DNA of 64,000 bases from Mobula hypostoma (Eukaryota). The DNA lies in assembly GCF_963921235.1 (NCBI RefSeq), contig NC_086097.1, positions 59,460,001 to 59,524,000 of the forward strand, written 5' to 3'. The number at the start of each line of letters is the position of its first letter. Positions within the stretch are counted from its first letter, which is position 1. A program made the position numbers and the translations under genes. Shown piece after piece: positions 23,101 through 34,926 of this stretch. The notes beneath the pieces are model-generated. The model was not told where the DNA came from. It did no database searches and worked only from the letters and a program-made list of their open reading frames with translations.

Positions 23101-26100
23101 GGGCTGTGCTGGGGATGGGGGTGGAGGGGCGTGCTGGGGATGGTGGTAGAGGGGTGTGCTGGGGATGGTGGTGGAGGTGTGTGGTGGGGATGGGGGTGGA
23201 GGGGTGTGCTGGGGATGGGGGTGGAGGGGTGTGCTGTGGATGGTGGTGGAGGGGCGTGCTGGGGATGGTGGTGGAGGTGTGTGCTGTGGATGGTGGTGGA
23301 GGGGCGTGCTGGGGATGGGGGTGGAGGGGCGTGCTGGGGATGGGGGTGGGGGTGTGTGCTGGGGATGGGGGTGGAGGGGTGTGCTGGGGATGGTGGTGGA
23401 TGCGCGTGCTGGGGATGCGGGTGGAGGGGCGTGCTGGGGATGGGGGTGGAGGGGTGTGCTGGGGATGGGGATGGAGGGGTGTGCTGGGGATGGTGGTGGA
23501 GGGGTGTGCTGGGGATGGGGGTGGAGGGGTGTGCTGGGGATGGTGGTGGAGGGGTGTGCTGGGGATGGGGGTGGAGGGATGTGCTGGGGATGGTGGTGGA
23601 TGCGTGTGCTGGGGATGGGAGTGGAGGGGCGTGCTGGGGATGGGGGTGGAGGGGTGTGCTGGGGATGGGGGTGGAGGGATGTGCTGGGGATGGGGGTGGA
23701 GTGGTGTGCTGGGGATGGGGGTGGAGGGCTGTGCTGGGGATGGGGGTGGAGGGGCGTGCTGGGGATGGTGGTAGAGGGGTGTGCTGGGGATGGGGGTGGA
23801 GGGATGTGCTGGGGATGGTGGTGGAGGGGTGTGCTGGGGATGGTGGTGGAGGGGTGTGCTGGGGATGCGGGTGGAGGGGTGAGCTGGGGATGGTGGTGGA
23901 GGTGTGAGCAGGGGCGTGCAGGGGGTGGGGGAGGGGGGAGGGGTGTGCTGGGGATGGGGGTGGAGGGATGTGCTGGGGGTGGGGGTGGAGGGGTGTGCTG
24001 GGGATGGGGGTGGAGGGCTGTGCTGGGGATGGGGGTGGAGGGGTGTGCTGGGGATGGTGGTGGAGGGGTGTGCTGGGGATGGTGGTGGAGGTGTGTGCTG
24101 GGGATGGGGGTGGAGGGGTGTGCTGGGGATGGGGGTGGAGGGGTGTGCTGTGGATGGTGGTGGAGGGGCGTGCTGGGGATGGTGGTGGAGGTGTGTGCTG
24201 TGGATGGTGGTGGAGGGGCGTGCTGGGGATGGGGGTGGAGGGGCGTGCTGGGGATGGGGGTGGGGGTGTGTGCTGGGGATGGGGGTGGAGGGGTGTGCTG
24301 GGGATGGTGGTGGAGGCGCGTGCTGGGGATGCGGGTGGAGGGGCGTGCTGGGGATGGGGGTGGAGGGGTGTGCTGGGGATGGGGATGGAGGGGTGTGCTG
24401 GGGATGGTGGTGGAGGGGAGTGCTGGGGATGGGGGTGGAGGGGTGTGCTGGGGATGGTGGTGGAGGGGTGTGCTGGGGATGGGGGTGGAGGGATGTGCTG
24501 GGGATGGTGGTGGATGCGTGTGCTGGGGATGGGGGTGGAGGGGCGTGCTGAGGATGGGGGTGGAGGGGTGTGCTGGGGATGGGGGTGGAGGGATGTGCTG
24601 GGGATGGGGGTGGAGGGGTGTGCTGGGGATGGGGGTGGAGGGCTGTGCTGGGGATGGGGGTGGAGGGGCGTGCTGGGGATGGTGGTAGAGGGGTGTGCTG
24701 GGGATGGGGGTGGAGGGATGTGCTGGGGATGGTGGTGGAGGGGTGTGCTGGGGATGGGGGTGGAGGGGTATGCTGGGGATGGGAGTGGAGGGGTGTGCTG
24801 GGGATGGGGGTGGAGGGATGTGCTGGGGATGGTGGTGGAGGGGTGTGCTGGGGATGGTGGTGGAGGGGCGTGCTGGGGATGGGGGGTGGAGGTGTGTGCT
24901 GTGGATGGTGGTGGAGGGGTGTGCTGGGGATGGGGGTGGAGGGGCGTGCTGGGGATGGTGGTGGAGGGGTGTGCTGGGGATGGGGATGGAGGGGTGTGCT
25001 GCGGATGCGGGTGGAGGGGTGTGCTGGGGATTGGGGTGGACGGATGTGCTGGGGATGGAGGTGGAGGGGTGTGCTGGGGATGGTGGTGGAGGGGTGTTCT
25101 GGGGATGGGGGTGGAAGGGTGTGCTGGGGAAGGGAGTGGAGGGATGTGCTGGGGATGGTGGTGGATGCGTGTGCTGGGGATGGGGGTGGAGGGGCGTGCT
25201 GGGGATGGGGGTGGAGGGGTGTGCTGGGGATGGGGGTGGAGGGGTGTGCTGGGGATGGTGGTGGAGGGGCGTGCTGGGGATGGGGGTGGAGTGGTGTGCT
25301 GGGGATGGGGGTGGAGGGGTGTGCTGGGGATGGTGGGGTGTGCTGGGGATGGGGGTGGAGGGGTGTGCTGGGGATGGGGGTGGAGGGGGGTGCTGGGGAT
25401 GGGGGTGGATGCGTGTGCTGGGGATGGGGGTGGAGTGGTGTGCTGGGGATGGTGGTGGAGGTGTGTGCTGGGGATGGGGGTGGAGGGGCGTGCTGGGGAT
25501 GGGGGTGGAGGGGTGTGCTGTGGATGCAGGTGGAGGGGTGTGCTGGGGATGGCGGTGGAGGGATGTGCTGGGGATGCGGGTGGAGGGGTGTGCTGGGGAT
25601 GGTGGTGGAGGTGTGTGCTGGGGTTGGGGGTGGACAGGCGTGCTGGGGATGGGGGTGGAGGGGTATGCTGGGGATGCGGGTGGAGGGGCCTGCTGGGGAT
25701 GGTGGTGGAGGGGTGTGCTGGGGATGGTGGTGGAGGTGTGTGCTGGGGATGCGGGTGGAGGGGTGTGCTGGGGATGAGGGATGGAGGGGTGTGCTGGGGA
25801 TGGGGATGGAGGGGTGTGCTGGGGATGGGGGTGGAGGGATGTGCTGGGGATGGTGGTGGAGGGGTGTGCTGGGGATGGGGGTGGAGGGGTATGCTGGGGA
25901 TGGGGGTGGAGGGGTGTGCTGGGGATGGGGCTGGAGGGGTGTGCTGGGGATGGTGGTGGAGGGGTGTGCTGGGGATGGGGGTGGAGGGGTATGCTGGGGA
26001 TGGGGGTGGAGGGGTGTGCTGGGGATGGGGGTGGAGGGATGTGCTGGGGATGGTGGTGGAGGGGTGTGCTGGGGATGGGGGTGGAGGGCTGTCCTGGGGA

Positions 26101-29100
26101 TGGGGGTGGAGGTGTGTGCTGGGGATGGGGGTGGAGGGTTGTGCTGGGGATGGTGGTGGAGGGGTGTGCTCGGGATGGTGGACGAGGGGTGTGCTGGGGA
26201 TGGGGGTGGAGGGGTGTGCTGGGGATGGTAGTGGAGGGGTGTGCTGGGGATGGGGGTGGAGGGGTATGCTGGGGATGGGGGTGGAGGGGTGTGCTGGGGA
26301 TGGGGGTGGAGGGGTGTGCTGGGGATGCGGGTGGAGGGGTGTGCTGGGGATGGTGGGGTGTGCTGGGGATGGTGGTGGAGGTGTGTGCTGGGGATGCGGG
26401 TGGAGGGCCGTGCTGGGGATGGGGGTGGAGGGGTGTGCTGGGGATGGTGGGTGTGCTGGGGATGGTGGTGGAGGTGTGTGCTGGGGATGGGGGTGGAGGG
26501 GTATGCTGGGGATGCGGGTGGAGGGGCGTGCTGGGGATGGGGGTGGAGGGGTGTGCTGGGGATGGGGGTGGAGGGGTGTGCTGGGGATGGTGGTGGAGGG
26601 GTGTGCTGGGGATGGTGGTGGAGGTGTGTGCTGGGGATGGGGGTGGAGGGGTATGCTGGGGATGCGGGTGGAGGGGCGTGCTGGGGATGGGGGTGGAGGG
26701 GCTTGCTGGGGATGGGGGTGGAGGTGTGTGCTGGGGATGGGGGTGGAGGGGCATGCTGGGGGTGGTGGTGGAGGGATGTGCTGGGGATGGTGGTGGAGGG
26801 GTGTGCTGGGGATGGGGGTGGAGGGCTGTGCTGGGGATGGGGGTGGAGGTGTGTGCTGGGGATGGGGGTGGAGGGGTGTGCTGGGGATGGTGGATGAGGG
26901 GCGTGCTGGGGATGGGGTGGAGGGGTGTGCTGGGGATGGTAGTGGAGGGGTGTGCTGGGGATGGGGGTGGAGGGGTATGCTGGGGATGGGGGTGGAGGGG
27001 TGTGCTGGGGATGGGTGTGGAGGGGTGTGCTGGGGATGCGGGTGGAGGGGTGTGCTGGGGATGGTGGGGTGTGCTGGGGATGGTGGTGGAGGTGTGTGCT
27101 GGGGATGGGGCTGGAGGGGTATGCTGGGGATGCGGGTGGAGGGCCGTGCTGGGGATGGGGGTGGAGGGGCGTGCTGGGGTGGGGGTGGATGTGTGTGCTG
27201 GGGATGGGGGTGGAGGGGCGTGCTGGGGGTGGTGGTGGAGGGATGTGCTGGGGATGGTGGTGGAGGGGTGTGCTGGGGATGGTGGTGGAGGGGTGTGCTG
27301 GGGATGGTGGTGGAGGGGTGTGCTGGGGATGGGGGTGGAGCGGTGTGCTGGGGATGGTGGTGGAGTGGTGTGCTGGGGATGGTGGAGGAGGGGCGTGCTG
27401 GCGATGGTGGTTTTGAGGCGTGCTGGGGATGGTAGTGGAGGGGTGTGCTGGGGATGGTAGTGGAGGGGTGTGCTGGGGATGGGGGTGGAGGGGTGTGCTG
27501 GGGATGGTGGTGGAGGGGCGTGCTGGGGATGCGGGTGGAGGGGTGTGCTGGGGATGGTGGTGGAGGGGTGTGCTGGGGTTGGTGGTGGAGGGATGTGCTG
27601 GGGATGGGGGTGGAGGGATGTGCTGGGGATGGCGGTGGAGGGGTGTGCTGGGGATGGTGGTGGAGGGATGTGCTGGGGATGGGGGTGGAGGTGTGTGCTG
27701 TGGATGGTGGTGGAGGGGCGTGCTGGGGATGCGGGTGGAGGGGCGTGCTGGGGATGGTGGTGGAGGGGCGTGCTGGGGATGGGGGTGGAGGGGTGTGCTG
27801 GGGATGGGGGTGGAGGGTTTTGCTGGGGATGGGGGTTGAGCGGTATGCTGGGGATGGTGGTGGAGGGGCGTGCTGGGGATGGGGGTGGAGGGTTGTGCTG
27901 GGGATGGGGGTTGAGGGGTGTGCTGGGGATGGGGGTGGAGGGGTGTGCTGGGCATGGGGGTGGAGGGGGGTGCTGGGGATGGGGGTGGATGCGTGTGCTG
28001 GGGATGGGGGTGGAGGGGTGTGATGGGGATGGTGGTGGAGGTGTGTGCTGGGGATGGGGGTGGAGGGGCGTGCTGGGGATGGGGGTGGAGGGTTGTGCTG
28101 GGGATGCAGGTGGAGGGGTGTGCTGGGGATGGTGGTGGAGGGATGTGCTGGGGATGCGGGTGGAGGGGTGTGCTGGGGATGGTGGTGGAGGTGTGTGTTG
28201 GGGTTGGGGGTGGCGGGGTATGCTGGGGATGCGGGTGGAGGGGCCTGCTGGGGATGGTGGTGGAGGGGTGTGCTGGGGGATGGTGGTGGAGGTGTGTGCT
28301 GGGGATGGGGGTGGAGTGGTATGCTGGGGATGCGGGTGGAGGGGTGTGCTGGGGATGAGGGTGGAGGGATATGCTGGGGATGGGGATGGAGGGGTGTGCT
28401 GGGGATGGGGGTGGAGGGATGTGCTGGGGATGGTGGTGGAGGGGTGTGCTGGGGATGGGGGTGGAGGGGTGTGCTGGGGATGGTGGTGGAGGGGTGTGCT
28501 GGGGATGGGGGTGGAGGGGTATGCTGGGGATGGGGGTGGAGGGGTGTGCTGGGGATGGGGGTGGAGGGATGTGCTGGGGATGGTGGTGGAGGGGTGTGCT
28601 GGGGATGGGGGTGGAGTGCTGTCCTGGGGATGGGGGTGGAGGTGTGTGCTGGGGATGGGGGTGGAGGGTTGTGCTGGAGATGGTGGTGGAGGGGTGTGCT
28701 GGGGATGGTGGTGGAGGGGTGTGCTGGGGATGGTGGACGAGGGGTGTGCTGGGGATGGGGGTGGAGGGGTGTGCTGGGGATGGTAGTGGAGGGGTGTGCT
28801 GGGGATGGGGGTGGAGGGGTATGCTGGGGATGGGGGTGGAGGGGTGTGCTGGGGATGGGGGTGGAGGGGTGTGCTGGGGATGCGGGTGGAGGGGTGTGCT
28901 GGGGATGGTGGACGAGGGGTGTGCTATGGGGGTGGAGGCGTGTAGTGGAGGGGTGTGCTGCTGGGGATGGGGGTGGAGGGGTATGCTGGGGATGGGGGTG
29001 GAGGGGTGTGCTGGGGATGGGGGTGGAGGGGTGTGCTGGGGATGCGGGTGGAGGGGTGTGCTGGGGATGGTGGGGTGTGCTGGGGATGGTGGTGGAGGTG

Positions 29101-31396
29101 TGTGCTGGGGATGCGGGTGGAGGGCCGTGCTGGGGATGGGTGTGGAGGGGTGTGCTGGGGATGGTGGGTGTGCTGGGGATGGTGGTGGAGGTGTGTGCTG
29201 GGGATGGGGGTGGAGTGGTATGCTGGGGATGCGGGTGGAGGGGCGTGCTGGGGATGGGGGTGGAGGGGTGTGCTGGGGATGGGGGTGGAGGGGTGTGCTG
29301 GGGATGGTGGGGTGTGCTGGGGATGGTGGTGGAGGTGTGTGCTGGGGATGGGGGTGGAGGGGTATGCTGGGGATGCGGGTGGAGGGGCGTGCTGGGGATG
29401 GGGGTGGAGGGGCGTGCTGGGGATGGGGGTGGAGGGGCGTGCTGGGGATGGGGGTGGAGGTGTGTGCTGGGGATGGGGGTGGAGGGGCATGCTGGGGGTG
29501 GTGGTGGAGGGATGTGCTGGGGATGGTGGTGGAGGGGTGTGCTGGGGATGGGGGTGGAGGGCTGTGCTGGGGATGGGGGTGGAGGTGTGTGCTGGGGATG
29601 GGGGTGGAGGGTTGTGCTGGGGATGGTGGTGGAGGGGTGTGCTGGGGATGGTGGACGAGGGGCGTGCTGGGGATGGGGTGGAGGGGTGTGCTGGGGATGG
29701 TAGTGGAGGGGTCTGCTGGGGATTGGGGTGGAGGGGTATGCTGGGGATGGCGGTGGAGTGGTGTGCTGGGGATGGGGGTGGAGGGGTGTGCTGGGGATGC
29801 GGGTGGAGGGGTGTGCTGGGGATGGTGGGGTGTGCTGGGGATGGTGGTGGAGGTGTGTGCTGGGGATGGGGCTGGAGGGGTATGCTGGGGATGGTGGTGG
29901 AGGGGGGTGCTGGGGATGGTGGTGGAGGTGTGTGCTGGGGATGGGGCTGGAGGGGTATGCTGGGGATGCTGGTGGAGGGCCGTGCTGGGGATGGTAGTGG
30001 AGGGGTGTGCTGGGGATGGTAGTGGAGGGGTGTGCTGGGGATGGGGGTGGAGGGGTGTGCTGGGGATGGTGGTGGAGGGGCGTGCTGGGGATGGTGGTGG
30101 AGGGGTGTGCTGGGGATGGTGGTGGAGGGGTGTGCTGGGGTTGGTGGTGGAGGGATGTGCTGGGGATGGGGGTGGAGGGATGTGCTGGGGATGGTAGTGG
30201 AAGTGTGTGCTGTGGATGGTGGTGGAGGGGCGTGCTGGTGATGCGGGTGGAGGGGCGTGCTGGGGATGGTGGTGGAGGGGTGTGCTGGGGATGGTGGTGG
30301 AGGGGTGTGCTGGGGATGGTGGTGGAGGGGTGTGCTGGGGTTGGTGGTGGAGGGATGTGCTGGGGATGGGGGTGGAGGGGCGTGCTGCGGATGGGGGTGG
30401 AGGGGTGTGCTGGGGATGGGGGGGAGGGTTTGCTGGGGGATGGGGGTTGAGGGGTGTGCTGGGGATGGTGGTGGAGGGGCGTGCTGGGTATGGGGGTGGA
30501 TGGGCTGTGCTGGGGATGGGGGTGGAGGGGTGTGCTGGGGATGGGGGTGGAGGGTTGTGCTGGGGATGGTGGTGGAGGGGTGTGCTGGGGATGGTGGACG
30601 AGGGGCGTGCTGGGGATGGGGGTGGAGGGGTGTGCTGGGGATGGTAGTGGAGGGGTCTGCTGGGGATTGGGGTGGAGGGGTATGCTGGGGATGGCGGTGG
30701 AGTGGTGTGCTGGGGATGGGGGTGGAGGGGTGTGCTGGGGATGCGGGTGGAGGGGTGTGCTGGGGATGGTGGGGTGTGCTGGGGATGGTGGTGGAGGTGT
30801 GTGCTGGGGATGGGGCTGGAGGGGTATGCTGGGGATGCTGGTGGAGGGCCGTGCTGGGGATGGTGGTGGAGGTGTGTGCTGGGGATGGGGCTGGAGGGGT
30901 ATGCTGGGGATGCTGGTGGAGGGCCGTGCTGGGGATGGTAGTGGAGGGGTGTGCTGGTGATGCGGGTGGATGGTGGGGGGTGCTGGGGATGGTGGTGGAG
31001 GGGTGTGCTGGTGATGCGGGTGGAGGGGCGTGCTGGGGATGGTGGTGGAGGGGTGTGCTGGGGATGGAGGTGGAGGGGTCAGCTGGGGATGGTGGTGGAG
31101 AGCGGTGCTGGGGTTGGTGGTGGAGGGATGTGCTGGGGATGGGGGTGGAGGGGCGTGCTGGGGATGGGGGTGGAGGGGTGTGCTGGGGATGGGGGAGGAG
31201 GGTTTTGCTGGGGATGGGGGTTGAGGGGTGTGCTGGGGATGGTGGTGGAGGGGCGTGCTGGGTATGGGGGTGGATGGGCGTGCTGGGGATGGGGGTGGAG
31301 GGGTGTGCTGGGGATGGGGGTGGAGGGTTGTGCTGGGGATGGGGGTTGAGGGGTGTGCTGGGGATGGGGGTGGTGGGGTGTGCTGGGGATGGTGGT
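20127..31396. repeat. G-rich 25-bp minisatellite array, ~450 units (consensus GTGCTGGGGATGG(G/T)GGTGGAGGGGT)
   Basis: Uninterrupted 25-nt periodicity over ~11.3 kb with recurring variant units and extreme G/C strand skew. Confidence 0.99.
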
Positions 31397-32239
31397 ATGG
31401 CAGAACGGGGCAACTATGAAACTCACACAATTTCCTCAAGTTGAACTCCTGCTTTATTAGAACGGATAGAATTGTCTTTCACCAAAGACCAGGAAGCTGT
31501 AGGATAGCAAAAGAGATTCAAATGAATGGACACGGCAGGACTGTGCTGATGTTGGTGGGGCGGAAGGGTCGATCAGGATGGGATTGAGGAGTATGTAGAG
31601 CTGTAGTATGGCCCTAGTAGGAGTTCTTTAAATTTTGAGGAAGTGCTGCCATCTTCATACACTTGCAGGATGAGAGCATTACTGACAAGACTTACATTCA
31701 TTGTCCATCCTTAACTGTCCACTGGAAGATGAAGATATGCGCACAAATTTGTTGGGGAGGGAGTTCCCATATTTAGACTCAGTGATGATAAAGGACAGGA
31801 TGTATTTCCAAGATGCATTGCTCTGGATGGTGTGAAGTATTTTTAAAAATTTGTTGGAGCTGCATTCACCCAGGCAGATGGAAGGTGCACTACCACACTC
31901 TTGGCTTCTGCCTTGAAGAAGTTGGGAAGGCTTTGGAGTCACTCACGGCAGGATTCCCAGCTTCTGGCCTGCTCTTTTGGCCAAAGGTTTTGCATAGCTA
32001 ATCTGGCTGGGTTGTAGTCAAAGGGGATCTTCAGAATGTTTATAGCGAGGGCCTCTGTGAGCCCGATGAATAAGGTAGATGAATAGTCTCTCTTGTTGGA
32101 GATTGTCATTGTCTTTACTAGCCCATACTTGAATATTATCTAGGTCTAGCAACATGCTGCTAAGGACTTCTAAATTGAATCATTGCACAGTTATTTTTAA
32201 ATGGAATGTTGATCCCTCCCCTGTACTCTACATCATCTA

Positions 32240-32398
32240 CACACTAGGGATAGTTTTACAGTGTCAAATTAGTCTGCCAATTTGCGCATCTTTGGGCTAT
32301 GGGATAAAAAGCACACAGTCACTGGGACAGCATGCAAATTCCACACAGATTTCATTAATCCTTGGTCACACTGGCGGTGTGAGGGAGCAGCGATACTA
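32240..32398 (-). mobile_element. HE1/V-SINE-like remnant
   Basis: cacacagtcactgggacagcatgcaaattccacacag and ctggcggtgtgagggagcagcg resemble the antisense of elasmobranch HE1-type SINEs (from recall). Confidence 0.55.
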
Positions 32399-33084
32399 GA
32401 TCTTCTACCCATTGGTTAAGCAAGCTGATCTCTGCTCCCTTCTTTCTTAACAGCTAGGACTCCTAGTATGTTAAGATGCAGATAGGTATTTGATAGTTAT
32501 TCAAAGCTTAATTTAAGTAAAAACCAGTGAGATTGGTATCTAAAAGCAAAATCCTGAGCAATTCTTAGGTTTCTTCGGCATTTTGTTCCCTCCTTTACCT
32601 TCCACATTATCTTTTTGGTGGGTGAGCCTAAATGTTACATTTAACATATTCAGCTGTAATTTTCGAGATGAGTATAGTTGTTCTTAAACTAGCCTGTGCA
32701 GTGATGTTTCATGTGACAGTCACATTGAAAGTGGTGCACAGAAAGCTGATAACACCTCTTTAGTGAGTCATCAAAGCAAATATCTTGTCAGAGATGTAGT
32801 ATGTCTTTCATCTTCAGAAGGATGATTGCTACTGATACATTATTCCGTGCTGGATTCAATCTGTCGCGGACTGTTGCCAAGGGTTCAACCTTCAAAAGAT
32901 ATATCACTGAAAGAGAAATTTAGCAAAAGGAAATAATTTACCATGCAGTTTTTTAAAAATGAAACATTCTACTTATGCACTCCAGATAAAATATGACAAA
33001 GTGAGCAATAAAATTAGAAATGCTGAATCCAACTACAGGTCTTGGGATCATTCTTGTGGTATTAAACAGGCTAGTCACTAAGGT

Positions 33085-33372
33085 AATTGGATTTTTATTG
33101 TCACATGCAACAAGGTAGAGAGAAGAACTTACCCTGCACGTGGTTCATACAGATCAATTCGTTGCAACTGTGTATTGAGGTAGTACAAGTTATAACTACA
33201 ACCGAATGCAGAATACAGTATTACAATTATAGAGCAAATACAGTGCAGCTAGACAGTAAGTTTCAAGATCCTAACAAGGTAGATCGTGAGATCAAGAGTC
33301 TACCTTATCATACTAGGGAACCATTCAATAGTCTTATACCAGTGAGGTAGAAGCTATCCTTAAACCTGCTGA
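33085..33372 (-). mobile_element. LINE 3'-end fragment (Rex1/L2-like)
   Basis: tttattgtcacatg poly(A)-signal end and agtcttataccagtgaggtagaagctatccttaaacctg motif. Family uncertain. Confidence 0.45.
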
Positions 33373-33439
33373 AGAGCTCAGGCATAATGTCTGAGGATCA
33401 AAAAGGTGACCACATCATTGAATGATGAAAGTATTACAG

Positions 33440-34115
33440 AGCAGGAATAGGCTATTTGCCCATCATGCCTCTACCAGCACAACTTTCTAGTTCCAGCTTT
33501 CTAGTTCCACCTATAGGACATTTTCCATAGGCTTGCAAATTGTTCCTTTGCATATACATCTAATTCCGTCTTGAAGGCGACATTGCCTCCACCAAATAAG
33601 CAGGGTATCCAGTCACATATCACTATATTTCTCTACCCCTTTATCTTTTGCCTGTGAGCTTGAGTCATCAATGCTTCCACCAAAGGGAAGAGCTTCTCAT
33701 TTCCACTGCATCCAGACTCCTCCACACTAACACACTTCCATCAGATCCCCACTCAGCTTTTCTTCTCTAAAGATATCAATCCCAAGCACCTTCAATCTAT
33801 CCTTGTAATTGTTAATTCTCCATATCAGGAATCATTCTCAAAAGTCTTACCTGGACCATCTGTCCTGTGTTCACATCCTTCCTGCACTGTTCCATGGAAA
33901 ATTGAAAGTAATTGTTCAGCTGATGCAGGATCAATGTTTTCCAAAAGTTCAGCAGAACCTTCCTCAGTCCATACTCCGTCTGTCTATTGGTTAAAGCCCG
34001 GAATTGCAGAATTGTGTATAATTTATTATCGGTAATATCAGCCCACCCTGCTACTTTTAGTGATTTGTGCACATTTATTGAAAGGTCTTTCTGCTCTTAC
34101 ACTCCTTATAGAACA
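33440..34115 (-). mobile_element. Degraded CR1 3' fragment
   Basis: ORF 33812-34072 (HKSLKVAG..FWKTLILHQLNNYFQF) is a decayed CR1 ORF2 C-terminus. Confidence 0.65.
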
Positions 34116-34831
34116 AATTTAAAATTACGAGGTTGGAGGAATTTCACCATTCATTTTCCTCCATGCTAAAAAAATCAATCTTTCACTATGAAAAAACAGA
34201 CATTCATTATGACCTCCTTGTTTATTTATTAACACACTTCATACCTATGTTATTAATGTTCCTTTATGCCATACACTTCAGTTTTGCTGATATGTTTGTT
34301 ATGTTATTCCAGTCATAGGTTTTTTTTGGAGGGTCGCCTGTGGCCTCATCGCTGCAGTTAGCATGATCCAAGTCTCCAGTAAGGTGCTGGGGGCTTGAGT
34401 GGAAAAAATTCCCAGACTTCAGGGGTGCTTTTCGAAGCAGTAGGCAAGAAGATCTCAAGCTTGTCAATTGTATTTTGGAGTAGCAATCAGATTGATTTCA
34501 AAACTTTGATATGTTGACAGAGGGAATGGATGGATTCATTGCAGGTGTGAAATTATTGTTGATGAAAACTGAGTTGGGAAAATCACAGTTTTTGACAGTG
34601 GTGTTGAGTATTTATGAATGCACTCCAAATCATCCAGAAGGTCAAAAAGAGATCAAGTGAGAGGAATCCAGCATAATGAAGACTAGAGGCTCGAAGATGA
34701 TTGTGAAAGCTGGAATATAGTCGTGCCAGCATTTGATCCAGGAATCAGGCCCTTATTTGAAAATTCTTCAGCAATGAGTTGAAGATGACATTTACCTCAT
34801 TGATAGCTTATAATAAATAAATAAGTATCTG

Positions 34832-34926
34832 AGTTCTGATGAAGAGCCTCAGCCTGAAACGTCGACTGCTTACTTTTTTCTATAGATACTGCCTGGCCTG
34901 CTAAGTTCTTCCAGTATTTTGTGTGT
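34832..34926 (+). mobile_element. Single arm of the Penelope-derived mini-element with hammerhead core
   Basis: agtt-CTGATGA-agagcctcagcct-GAAACGTC-gact followed by the same arm sequence as 4302-4381. Confidence 0.7.

Noticed and set aside
20127..31396. CRISPR array or telomeric repeat
   Set aside because: No unique spacers, no cas genes, eukaryotic context, and the unit is not TTAGGG.
20000..31444. Giant Pro/His/Ser/Thr-rich ORFs (up to 3775 aa) and Gly/Trp/Cys-rich ORFs as mucin- or extensin-like genes
   Set aside because: The 25-nt unit has no stop in any frame on either strand, so all frames cycle through the same 25-aa pattern. Indels are tolerated, there is no codon-position bias, and the longest ORF starts at TTG.
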